From: Eledone cirrhosa
Taxonomy: Eukaryota
DNA: 64,000 bases
Reading direction: 5' to 3'
NCBI GenBank assembly: GCA_964016885.1
Contig: OZ024746.1
Coordinates: forward strand, 51,894,001-51,958,000
Position numbers and translations under genes: made by a program. Below are positions 25,901-39,560 of this stretch, piece after piece. Position 1 is the first letter of the stretch. Every line of letters starts with the position of its first letter. The notes under the pieces were generated by a model. That model was given only the letters and a program-made list of their open reading frames with translations, had not been told where the DNA came from and made no database searches.

Positions 25901-28900
25901 TGGTGTGTGTTGTATGGTATGGAATTCTATGTATTGGTTATATTATACTTAGTATGGAGTAGTGTATGGCATAGAATGGTGTATATAGGTGTGTGTTGTA
26001 TGGTATGGAATTCTATGTATTGGGTATGTTATACTGTGTATGGAGTAGTGTATGGTATAGAATGGTGTATATAGGTGTGTCTTGTATGGTTAGGAATTCT
26101 ATGTATTGGGTATGAGATACTTTGAATAGAGTAGTGTATGGTATAGTATGGTGTATATAGATGTGTGTTGTATGGTATGGAATTTTATGTATTGGGTATG
26201 TTATACTTAATATGGAGTAGTGTATGGTATAGAATGCTCTATATATATTGTGTTGTATGGTATGGAATTATATGTATTGGGTATGTTATGCTTAGTATGG
26301 AGTAGTGTATGGTATAGAATGGTGTATATAGGTGTGTGTTGTATGGTATGGAATTCTATGTATTGGGTATGTTATACTGAGTATGGAGTAGTGAATGGTA
26401 TAGAATGGTGTATATAGGTGTGTGTTGTATGGTATGGAATTCTATGTATTGGGTATGTTATATTTTGTATGGTGTAGTGTATGGTATAGAATGGTGTATA
26501 TAGGTGTGTATTGTATGGTATGGAATTCTATGTATTGTTATGTTATACTGAGTATGGAGTAGTGTATGGTATAGAATGGTGTATATAGGTGTGTGTTGTA
26601 TGGTATGGAATTCTATGTATTGGGTATGTTATACTGAGTATGGAGTAGTGTATGGTATAGAATGGTGTATATAGGTGTGTGTTGTATGGTATGGAATTCT
26701 AAGTATTGGGTATGTTATACTGTGTATGGAGTAGTGTATGGTATAGAATGGTGTATATAGATGTGTGTTGCATGGTATCGAATTCTATGTATTGGGTATG
26801 TTATGCTTTTTATGGAGTAGTGTATGGTATAGAATGGTGTATATAGGTGTGTCTTGTATGGTAAGGAATTCTATGTATTGGGTATGTTATACTTTGAATA
26901 GAGTAGTGTATGGTATAGAATGGTGTATATAGATGTGTGTTGTATGGTATGGAATTTTATGTATTTGGTATGTTATACTTAATATGGAGTAGTGTATGGT
27001 ATAGAATGCTGTATATATGTGTGTGTTGTATGGTATGGAATTCTATGTATTGGGTATGTTATACTTAGTATGGAGTAGTGTATGGTATAGAATGGTGTAT
27101 ATAGGTGTGTGTTGTATGGTATGGAATTCTATGTATTGGGTATGTTATACTGAGTATGGAGTAGTGTACGGTATAGAATGGTGTATATAGGTGTGTGTTG
27201 TATGGTATGGAATTCTATGTATTGGCTATGTTATATTTTGTATGGTGTAGTGTATGGTATAGAATGGTGTATATAGGTATGTGTTGTATGGTATGGAATT
27301 CTATGTACGGTTATGTTATACTGAGTATGGAGTAGTGTATGGTATAGAATGGTGTATATAGGTGTGTGTTGTATAGTATGGAATTCTATGTATTGGGTAT
27401 GTTTTACTTAGTATGGAGTAGTGTATGGCGTAGAATGGTGTATATAGGTGTGTGTTGTACGGTATGAAATTCTATGTATTGGTTATGTTATAGTTAGTAT
27501 GGAGTAGTGTATGGCATAGAATGGTGTATATAGTTGTCTGTTGTATGGTATGGAATTCTATGTATTGGGTATGTTATACTTTGTATGGAGTAGTGTATGG
27601 TATAGAATGGTGTATATAGGTGTGTGTTGTATGGTATGGAATTCTATGTATTTGGTATGTTATACTGAGTATGGAGTAGTGTATGGTATAGAATGGTGTA
27701 TATAGGTGTGTGTTGTATGGTATGGAATTCTATGTATTGGGCATGTCATATTTTGTATGGTGTAGTGTATGGTATAGAACGGTGTATATAGGTGTGTGTT
27801 GTATGGTATGGAATTCTATGTATCGTTATGTTATACTGAGTATGGAGTAGTGTATGGTATAGAATGGTGTATATAGGTGTGTGTTGTATGGTATGGAATT
27901 CTATGTATTGGGTATGTTTTACTTAGTAAGGAGTAGTGTATGGCATAGAATGGTGTATATAGGTGTGTGTTGTACGGTATGGAATTCTATGTATTGGGTA
28001 TGTTATACTTAGTATGGAGTAGTGTATGGCATAGAATGGTGTATATAGGTGTGTGTTGTATGGTATGGAATTCTATGTATTGGGTATGTTATACTTTGTA
28101 TGGAGTAGTGTATGGTATAGAATGGTGTATATGGGTGTGTGTTGTATGGTATGGAATTCTATGTATTAGGTATGTTATACTGAGTATGGAGTAGTGTATG
28201 GTATAAAATGGTGTATATAGGTGTGTGTTGTATGGTATGGAATTCTATGAATTGGGTATGTTATATTTAGTATGGAGTAGTGTATGGTATAGAATGGTGT
28301 ATATAGGCGTGTGTTGTATGTTATGGAATTCTAAGTATTGGGTATGTTATACTGTGTATGGAGTAGTGTATGGTATAGAATGGTGTATATAGGTGTGTGT
28401 TGTATGGTATGGAATTCTATGAATTGGGTATGTTATATTTAGTATAGAGTAGTGTATGGTATAGACTGGTGTATATAGGTGTGTGTTGTATGGTATGGAA
28501 TTCTAAGTATTGGGTATGTTATACTGTGTATGGAGTAGTGTATGGTATAGAATGGTGTATATAGATGTGTGTTGCATGGTATGGAATTCTATGTATTGGG
28601 TATGTTATATTTTGTATGGTGTAGTGTATGCTATAGAATGGTGTATGTAGGTGTGTGTTGTATGGTATGGAATTTTATGTATTGTTATGTTATACTGAGT
28701 ATGGAGTAGTGTATGGTATAGAATGGTTTATATAGGTGTGTGTTGTATGGTATGGAATTCTATGTATTGGGTATATTTTACTTAGTATGGAGTAGTGTAT
28801 GGCATAGAATGGTGTATATAGGTGTGTGTTGTATGGTATGGAATTCTTGTATTGGGTATATTATACTTTGTATGGAGTAGTGTACGGTATAGAATGGTGT

Positions 28901-30030
28901 ATATAGGTGTGTGTTGTATGGTATGGAATTCTATGTATTGGGTATATTTTACTGAGTATGGAGTAGTGTATGGTATAGAATGGTGTATATAGGTGTGTGT
29001 TGTATGGTATGGAATTCTAAGTATTGAGTATGTTATATGTGTATGGAGTAGTGTATGGTATAGAATGGTGTATATAGATGTGTGTTGCATGGTATCGAAT
29101 TCTATGTATTGGGTATGTTATACTTTGTATGGAGAAGTGTATGGTATAGAATGGTGTATATAGGTGTGCTTGTATGGTTAAGAATTCTATGTATTGGGTA
29201 TGTTATACTTTGAATAGAGTAGTGTATGGTATAGAATGGTGTATATAGATGTGTGTTGTATGTTATGGAATTTTATGTATTGGGTATGTTATACTTAATA
29301 TGGAGTAGTGTATGGTATAGAATGCTCTATATATGTGTGTGTTGCATGGTATGGAATTATATGTATTGGGTATGTTATACTTAGTACGGAGTAGTGTATG
29401 GTATAGAATGGTGTATATAGCTGTGTGTTGTATGGTATGGAATTCTATGTATTGGGTATGTTATACTGAGTATGGAGTAGTGTATGGTATAGAATGGTGT
29501 ATATAGGTGTGTGTTGTATGGTATGGAATTCTATGTATTGTTATGTTATACTGAGTATGGAGTAGTGTAAGGTATAGAATGGTGTATATAGGTGTGTGTT
29601 GTATGGTATGGAATTCTATGTATTGGGTATGTTTTACTTAATATGGAGTAGTGTATGGCATAGAATGGTGTATATAGGTGTGTGTTGTATGGTATGGAAT
29701 TCTATATATTGGGTATATTATACTTTGTATGGAGTAGTGTATGGTATAGAATGGTGTATATAGGTGTGTGTTGTATGGTATGGAATTCTATGTATTAGGT
29801 ATGTTATACTGAGTATGGAGTAGTGTATGGTATAGAATGGTGTATATAGGTGTGTGTTGTATGGTATGAAATTCTATGTATTAGGTATGTTATACTGAGT
29901 ATGGAGTAGTGTATGGTATAGAATGGTGTATATAGGTGTGTGTTGTATGGTATGGAATTCTATGTATAGGGTATGTTATACTTTGTATGGAGTAGTGTAT
30001 GGTATAGAATGGTGTATATAGGTGTGTGTC
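22940..30030 (+). repeat. Long-range copy of ~1800-8980 (offset 21220, then 21133 bp); part of it recurs again at ~47800 onward
   Basis: The C of GGGCATGTCATA is at 6609, 27742 and 48001. GAATTCTTGT, GGTATAAAATGG, GGAGCAGTG and GGCTTAGACT are shared in the same order. ORF pairs 5087/26220 and 6834/27967 differ by 21133. Confidence 0.88.
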
Positions 30031-32859
30031 GTATGGTATAGAATTCTATGTATTGGGTATGTTATACTTAGTATGGAGTAGTGTATGGCATAGACTGGTG
30101 TATATAGGTGTGTGTTGTATGGTATGTTATTCTATGTATTGGGTATGTTATACTGTGTATGGAGTAGTGTATGGTATAGAATGGTGTATATAGGTGTGTG
30201 TTGCATGGTATCGAATTCTATGTATTGGGTATGTTATACTTTGTATGGTGTAGTGTATGGTATAGAATGGTGTATATAGGTGTGTGTTGTATGGTATGGA
30301 ATTCTATGTATTGGTTATGTTATACTTAGTATGGAGTAGTGTATGGCATAGAATAGTGTATATAGGTGTGTGTTGTATGGTATGGAATTCTATGTATTGG
30401 GTATGTTATACTGTGTATGGAGTAGTGTATGGTATAGAATGGTGTATATAGGTGTGTCTTGTATGGTAAGGAATTCTATGTATTGGGTATAAGATACTTT
30501 GAATAGAGTAGTGTATGGTATAGAATGGTGTATATAGATGTGTTTTGTATGGTATGGAATTTTATGTATTGGGTATGTTATACTTAATATGGAGTAGTGT
30601 ATGGTATAGAATGCTCTATATATGTTTGTGTTGTATGGTATGGAATTATATGTATTGGGTATGTTATACTTAGTATGGAGTAGTGTATGGTATAGTATGG
30701 TGTATATAGGTGTGTGTTGTATGGTATGGAATTCTATGTATTGGGTATGTTATACTGAGTATGGAGTAGTGAATGGTATAGAATGGTGTATATAGGTGTG
30801 TGTTGTATGGTATGGAAATCTATGTATTGGGTATGTTATATTTTGTATGGTGTAGTGTATGGTATAGAATGGTGTATATAGGTGTGTGTTCTATGGTATG
30901 GAATTCTATGTATTGTTATGTTATACTGAGTATGGAGTAGTGTATGGTATAGAATGGTGTATATAGGTGTGTGTTGTATGGTATGGCATTCTATGTATTG
31001 GGTATGTTTTACTTAGTAAGGAGTAGTGTATGGCATAGAATGGTGTATATAGGTGTGTGTTGTATGGTATGGAATTCTATGTATTGGGTATATTATACTT
31101 TGTATGGAGTAGTGTATGGTATAGAATGGTGTATATAGGTGTGTGTTGTATGGTATGGAATTCTATGTATTAGGTATGTTATACTGAGTAAGGAGTAGTG
31201 TATGGTATAGAATGGTGTATATAGGTGTGTGTTGTATGGTATGGAATTCTATGTATTGGGTATGTTATACTGAGTATGGAGTAGTGAATGGTATAGAATG
31301 GTGTATATAGGTGTGCGTTGTATGGTATGGAAATCTATGTATTGGGTATGTTATATTTTGTATGGTGTAGTGTATGGTATAGAATGGTGTATATAGGTAT
31401 GTGTTGTACGGTATGGAATTCTATGTATTGGGTATGTTATAGTTAGTATGGAGTAGTGTATGGCATAGAATGGTGTATATAGGTGTCTGTTGTATGGTAT
31501 GGAATTCTATGTATTGGGTATGTTATACTTTGTATGGAGTAGTGTATGGTATAGAATGGTGTAAATAGGTGTGTGTTGTATGGTATGGAATTTTATGTAT
31601 TAGTATGTTATACTGAGTATGGAGTAGTGTATGGTATAGAATGGTGTATATAGGTGTGTGTTGCATGGTATGGAATTCTATGTATTGGGTATGTTATACT
31701 GAGTATGGAGTAGTGTATAGTATAGAATGGTGTATATAGGTGTGTGTTGTATGGTATGGAATTCTAAGTATTGGGTATGTTATACTGTGTATGGAGTAGT
31801 GTATGGTATAGAATGGTGTATATAGATGTGTGTTGCATGGTATCGAATTCTATGTATTGGGTATGTTATACTTTGTATGGAGTAGTGTAAGGTATAGAAT
31901 GGTGTATATAGGTGTGTCTTGTATGGTTAAGAATTCTATGTATTGGGTATGTTATACTTTGAATAGAGTAGTGTATGGTATAGAATGGTGTATATAGATG
32001 TGTGTTGTATGTTATGGAATTTTATGTATTGGGAATGTTATACTTAATATGGAGTAGTGTATGGTATAGAATGCTCTATATATGTGTGTGTTGTATGGTA
32101 TGGAATTATATGTATTGGGTATGTTATACTTAGTACGGAGTAGTGTATGGTATAGAATGGTGTATATAGCTGTGTGTTGTATGGTATGGAATTCTATGTA
32201 TTGGGTATGTTATACTGAGTATGGAGTAGTGTATGGTATAGAATGGTGTATATAGGTGTGTGTTGTATGGTATGGAATTCTATGTATTGTTATGTTATAC
32301 TGAGTATGGAGTAGTGTATGGTATAGAATGGTGTATATAGGTGTGTGTTGTATGGTATGGAATTCTATGTATTAGGTATGTTATACTGAGTATTGAGTAG
32401 TGTATGGTATAGAATGGTGTATATAGGTGTGTGTTGTATGGTATGGAATTCTATGTATTAGGTATGTTATACTGAGTATGGAGTAGTGTATGGTATAGAA
32501 TGGTGTATATAGGTGTGTGTTGTATGGTATGGAATTCTATGTATAGGGTATGTTATACTTTGTATGGAGTAGTGTATGGTATAGAATGGTGTATATAGGT
32601 GTGTGTTGTATGGTATAGAATTCTATGTATTGGGTATGTTATACTTAGTATGGAGTAGTGTATGGCATAGACTGGTGTATATAGGTGTGTGTTGTATGGT
32701 ATGGTATTCTATGTATTGGGTATGTTATACTGTGTATGGAGTAGTGTATGGTATAGAATGGTGTATATTGGTGTGTGTTGCATGGTATCGAATTCTATGT
32801 ATTGGGTATGTTATACTTTGTATGGAGTAGTGTATGGTATAGAATGGTGTATATAGGTG

Positions 32860-35800
32860 TGTGTTGTATGGTATGGAATTCTATGTATTGGTTATGTTAT
32901 ACTTAGTATGGAGTAGTGTATGACATAGAATGGTGTATATAGGTGTGTGTTGTATGGTATGGAATTCTATGTATTGGGTATGTTATACTGTGTATGGAGT
33001 AGTGTATGGTATAGAATGGTGTATATAGGTGTGTCTTGTATGGTAAGGAATTCTATGTATTGTGTATAAGATATTTTGAATAGAGTAGTGTATGGTATAG
33101 AATGGTGTATATAGGTGTGTGTTGTATGGTATGGAATTCTATGTATTGGGTATGTTATACTGAGTATGGAGTAGTGTATGGTATAGAATGGTGTATATAT
33201 GTGTGTGTTGTATGGTATGGAATTCTATGTATTGGGTATGTTATATTTTGTATGGTGTACTGTATGGTATAGAATGGTGTATATAGGTGTGTGTTGTATG
33301 GTATGGAATTCTATGTATTGGGTATGTTATACTGAGTATGGAGTAGTGAATGGTATAGAATGGTGTATATAGGTGTGTGTTGTATGGTATGGAAATCTAT
33401 GTATTGGGTATGTTATATATTGTATGGTGTAGTGTATGGTATAGAATGGTGTATATAGGTGTGTGTTCTATGGTATGGAATTCTATGTATTGTTATGTTA
33501 TACTGAGTATCGAGTAGTGTATGGTATAGAATAGTGTATATAGGTGTGTGTTGTATGGTATGGAATTCTATGTATTGGGTATGTTTTACTTAGTATGGAG
33601 TAGTGTATGGCATATAATGGTGTATATAGGTGTGTGTTGTATGGTATGGAATTCTATGTATTGGGTATGTTATACTGAGTATGGAGTAGTGTATAGTATA
33701 GAATAGTGTATATAGGTGTGTGTTGTATGTTATGGAATTCTAAGTATTGGGTATGTTATACTGTGTATAGAGTAGTGTATGGTATAGAATGGTGTATATA
33801 GATGTGTGTTGCATGGTATCGAATTCTATGTATTGGGTATGTTATACTTTTTATGGAGTAGAGTATGGTATAGAATGGTGTATATAGGTGTGTCTTGTAT
33901 GGTAAGGAATTCTATGTATTGGGTATGTTATACTTTGAATAGAGTAGTGTATGGTATAGAATGGTGTATATAGATGTGTGTTGTATGGTATGGAATTTTA
34001 TGTATTGTGTATGTTATACTTAATATGGAGTAGTGTATGGTATAGCATGCTGTATATATGTGTGTGTTGTATGGTATGGAATTCTATGTATTGGGTATGT
34101 TATACTTAGTATGGAGTAGTGTATGGTATAGAATGGTGTATATAGGTGTGTGTTGTATGGTATGGAATTCTATGTATTGGGTATGTTATACTGAGTATGG
34201 AGTAGTGTATGGTATAGTATGGTGTATATAGGTGTGTGTTGTATGGTATGGAATTCTATGTATTGGGTATGTTTTACTTAGTATGGAGTAGTGTATGGCG
34301 TAGAATGGTGTATATAGGTGTGTGTTGTACGGTATCGAATTCTATGTATTGGGTATGTTATAGTTAGTATGGAGTAGTGTATGGCATAGAATGGTGAATA
34401 TAGGTATCTGTTGTATGGTATGGAATTCTATGTATTGGGTATGTTATACTTTCTATGGAGTAGTGTATGGTATAGAATGGTGTATATAGGTGTGTGTTGT
34501 ATGGTATGGAATTCTATGTATTAGGTATGTTATACTGAGTATGGAGTAGTGTATGGTATAGAATGGTGTATATAGGTGTGTGTTGTATGGTATGGAATTC
34601 TATGAATTGGGTATGTTATATTTAGTATGGAGTAGTGTATGGTATAGAATGGTGTATATAGGTGTGTGTTGTATGTTATGGAATTCTATGTATTAGTATG
34701 TTATAATGAGTATGGAGTAGTGTATGGTATAGAATGGTGTATATAGGTGTGTGTTGTATGGTATGGAATTCTATGAATTGGGTATGTTATATTTAGTATA
34801 GAGTAGTGTATGGTATAGACTGGTGTATATAGGTGTGTGTTGTATGGTATGGAATTCTATGTATTGGTTATGTTATATTTAGTATGGAGTAGTGTATGGC
34901 ATAGAATGGTGTATATAGGTGTGTGTTGTATGGTATGGAATGCTATGTATTGGGTATGTTATACTTTGTATTGAGTAGTGTATGGTATAGAATGGTGTAT
35001 ATAGGTGTGTGTTGTATGGTATGGAATTCTATGTATTGGGTATGTTTTACTTAGTATGGAGTAGTGTATGGCACAGAATGGTGTATATAGGTGTGTGTTG
35101 TATGGTATGGAATTCTATGTATTGGGTATGTTATACTGAGTATGGAGTAGTGAATGGTATAGAATGGTGTATATAGGTGTGCGTTGTATGGTATGGAAAT
35201 CTATGTATTGGGTATGTTATATTTTGTATGGTGTAGTGTATGGTATAGAATGGTGTATATAGGTATGTGTTGTACGGTATGGAATTCTATGTATTGGGTA
35301 TGTTATAGTTAGTATGGAGTAGTGTATGGCATAGAATGGTGTATATAGGTGTCTGTTGTATGGTATGGAATTCTATGAATTGGGTATGTTATATTTAGTA
35401 TGGAGTAGTGTATGGTATAGAATGGTGTATATAGGTGTGTGTTGTATGTTATGGAATTCTATGTATTAGTATGTTATAATGAGTATGGAGTAGTGTATGG
35501 TATAGAATGGTGTATATAGGTGTGTGTTGTATGGTATGGAATTCTATGAATTGGGTATGTTATATTTAGTATAGAGTAGTGTATGGTATAGACTGGTGTA
35601 TATAGGTGTGTGTTGTATGGTATGGAATTCTATGTATTGGTTATGTTATATTTAGTATGGAGTAGTGTATGGCATAGAATGGTGTATATAGGTGTGTGTT
35701 GTATGGTATGGAATGCTATGTATTGGGTATGTTATACTTTGTATTGAGTAGTGTATGGTATAGAATGGTGTATATAGGTGTGTGTTGTATGGTATGGAAT

Positions 35801-38800
35801 TCTATGTATTGGATATGTTTTACTTAGTATGGAGTAGTGTATGGCATAGAATGGTGTATATAGGTGTGTGTTGTATGGTATGGAATTCTATGTATTGGGT
35901 ATGTTATACTGAGTATGGAGTAGTGAATGGTATAGAATGGTGTATATAGGTGTGCGTTGTATGGTATGGAAATCTATGTATTGGGTATGTTATATTTTGT
36001 ATGGTGTAGTGTATGGTATAGAATGGTGTATATAGGTATGTGTTGTACGGTATGGAATTCTATGTATTGGGTATGTTATAGTTAGTATGGAGTAGTGTAT
36101 GGCATAGAATGGTGTATATAGGTGTGTGTTGTATGGTATGGAATGCTATGTATTGGGTATGTTATACTTTGTATTGAGTAGTGTATGGTATAGAATGGTG
36201 TATATAGGTGTGTGTTGTATGGTATGGAATTCTATGTATTGGATATGTTTTACTTAGTATGGAGTAGTGTATGGCATAGAATGGTGTATATAGGTGTGTG
36301 TTGTATGGTATGGAATTCTATGTATTGGTTATGTTATACTTAGTATGGAGTAGTGTATGACATAGAATGGTGTATATAGGTGTGTGTTGTATGGTATGGA
36401 ATTCTATGTATTGGGTATGTTATACTGTGTATGGAGTAGTGTATGGTATAGAATGGTGTATATAGGTGTGTCTTGTATGGTAAGGAATTCTATGTATTGT
36501 GTATAAGATATTTTGAATAGAGTAGTGTATGGTATAGAATGGTGTATATAGGTGTGTGTTGTATGGTATGGAATTCTATGTATTGGGTATGTTATACTGA
36601 GTATGGAGTAGTGTATGGTATAGAATGGTGTATATATGTGTGTGTTGTATGGTATGGAATTCTATGTATTGGGTATGTTATATTTTGTATGGTGTACTGT
36701 ATGGTATAGAATGGTGTATATAGGTGTGTGTTGTATGGTATGGAATTCTATGTATTGGGTATGTTATACTGAGTATGGAGTAGTGAATGGTATAGAATGG
36801 TGTATATAGGTGTGTGTTGTATGGTATGGAAATCTATGTATTGGGTATGTTATATATTGTATGGTGTAGTGTATGGTATAGAATGGTGTATATAGGTGTG
36901 TGTTCTATGGTATGGAATTCTATGTATTGTTATGTTATACTGAGTATCGAGTAGTGTATGGTATAGAATAGTGTATATAGGTGTGTGTTGTATGGTATGG
37001 AATTCTATGTATTGGGTATGTTTTACTTAGTATGGAGTAGTGTATGGCATATAATGGTGTATATAGGTGTGTGTTGTATGGTATGGAATTCTATGTATTG
37101 GGTATGTTATACTGAGTATGGAGTAGTGTATAGTATAGAATAGTGTATATAGGTGTGTGTTGTATGTTATGGAATTCTAAGTATTGGGTATGTTATACTG
37201 TGTATAGAGTAGTGTATGGTATAGAATGGTGTATATAGATGTGTGTTGCATGGTATCGAATTCTATGTATTGGGTATGTTATACTTTTTATGGAGTAGAG
37301 TATGGTATAGAATGGTGTATATAGGTGTGTCTTGTATGGTAAGGAATTCTATGTATTGGGTATGTTATACTTTGAATAGAGTAGTGTATGGTATAGAATG
37401 GTGTATATAGATGTGTGTTGTATGGTATGGAATTTTATGTATTGTGTATGTTATACTTAATATGGAGTAGTGTATGGTATAGCATGCTGTATATATGTGT
37501 GTGTTGTATGGTATGGAATTCTATGTATTGGGTATGTTATACTTAGTATGGAGTAGTGTATGGTATAGAATGGTGTATATAGGTGTGTGTTGTATGGTAT
37601 GGAATTCTATGTATTGGGTATGTTATACTGAGTATGGAGTAGTGTATGGTATAGTATGGTGTATATAGGTGTGTGTTGTATGGTATGGAATTCTATGTAT
37701 TGGGTATGTTTTACTTAGTATGGAGTAGTGTATGGCGTAGAATGGTGTATATAGGTGTGTGTTGTACGGTATCGAATTCTATGTATTGGGTATGTTATAG
37801 TTAGTATGGAGTAGTGTATGGCATAGAATGGTGAATATAGGTATCTGTTGTATGGTATGGAATTCTATGTATTGGGTATGTTATACTTTCTATGGAGTAG
37901 TGTATGGTATAGAATGGTGTATATAGGTGTGTGTTGTATGGTATGGAATTCTATGTATTAGGTATGTTATACTGAGTATGGAGTAGTGTATGGTATAGAA
38001 TGGTGTATATAGGTGTGTGTTGTATGGTATGGAATTCTATGAATTGGGTATGTTATATTTAGTATGGAGTAGTGTATGGTATAGAATGGTGTATATAGGT
38101 GTGTGTTGTATGTTATGGAATTCTATGTATTAGTATGTTATAATGAGTATGGAGTAGTGTATGGTATAGAATGGTGTATATAGGTGTGTGTTGTATGGTA
38201 TGGAATTCTATGAATTGGGTATGTTATATTTAGTATAGAGTAGTGTATGGTATAGACTGGTGTATATAGGTGTGTGTTGTATGGTATGGAATTCTATGTA
38301 TTGGTTATGTTATATTTAGTATGGAGTAGTGTATGGCATAGAATGGTGTATATAGGTGTGTGTTGTATGGTATGGAATGCTATGTATTGGGTATGTTATA
38401 CTTTGTATTGAGTAGTGTATGGTATAGAATGGTGTATATAGGTGTGTGTTGTATGGTATGGAATTCTATGTATTGGGTATGTTTTACTTAGTATGGAGTA
38501 GTGTATGGCATAGAATGGTGTATATAGGTGTGTGTTGTATGGTATGGAATTCTATGTATTGGGTATGTTATACTGAGTATGGAGTAGTGAATGGTATAGA
38601 ATGGTGTATATAGGTGTGCGTTGTATGGTATGGAAATCTATGTATTGGGTATGTTATATTTTGTATGGTGTAGTGTATGGTATAGAATGGTGTATATAGG
38701 TATGTGTTGTACGGTATGGAATTCTATGTATTGGGTATGTTATAGTTAGTATGGAGTAGTGTATGGCATAGAATGGTGTATATAGGTGTCTGTTGTATGG

Positions 38801-39560
38801 TATGGAATTCTATGAATTGGGTATGTTATATTTAGTATGGAGTAGTGTATGGTATAGAATGGTGTATATAGGTGTGTGTTGTATGTTATGGAATTCTATG
38901 TATTAGTATGTTATAATGAGTATGGAGTAGTGTATGGTATAGAATGGTGTATATAGGTGTGTGTTGTATGGTATGGAATTCTATGAATTGGGTATGTTAT
39001 ATTTAGTATAGAGTAGTGTATGGTATAGACTGGTGTATATAGGTGTGTGTTGTATGGTATGGAATTCTATGTATTGGTTATGTTATATTTAGTATGGAGT
39101 AGTGTATGGCATAGAATGGTGTATATAGGTGTGTGTTGTATGGTATGGAATGCTATGTATTGGGTATGTTATACTTTGTATTGAGTAGTGTATGGTATAG
39201 AATGGTGTATATAGGTGTGTGTTGTATGGTATGGAATTCTATGTATTGGATATGTTTTACTTAGTATGGAGTAGTGTATGGCATAGAATGGTGTATATAG
39301 GTGTGTGTTGTATGGTATGGAATTCTATGTATTGGGTATGTTATACTGAGTATGGAGTAGTGAATGGTATAGAATGGTGTATATAGGTGTGCGTTGTATG
39401 GTATGGAAATCTATGTATTGGGTATGTTATATTTTGTATGGTGTAGTGTATGGTATAGAATGGTGTATATAGGTATGTGTTGTACGGTATGGAATTCTAT
39501 GTATTGGGTATGTTATAGTTAGTATGGAGTAGTGTATGGCATAGAATGGTGTATATAGGT
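32860..39560 (+). repeat. Tandem block duplication, period 3437 bp (40 monomers), containing a nested 773-bp (9-monomer) duplication
   Basis: ATAAGATATTTTG has its marker G at 33070 and 36507; GCATGC is at 34045 and 37482. The C of GTGCGTTG is at 35182/35955 and 38619/39392 (773 within a copy, 3437 between copies). Confidence 0.9.

Noticed and set aside
28782-29090. 102-aa minus-strand ORF rich in H/T/Y/P/I
   Set aside because: The C/A-rich strand has few stop codons by composition, and local 1-bp deletions extend the frame by chance. The peptide is the repeat translation.
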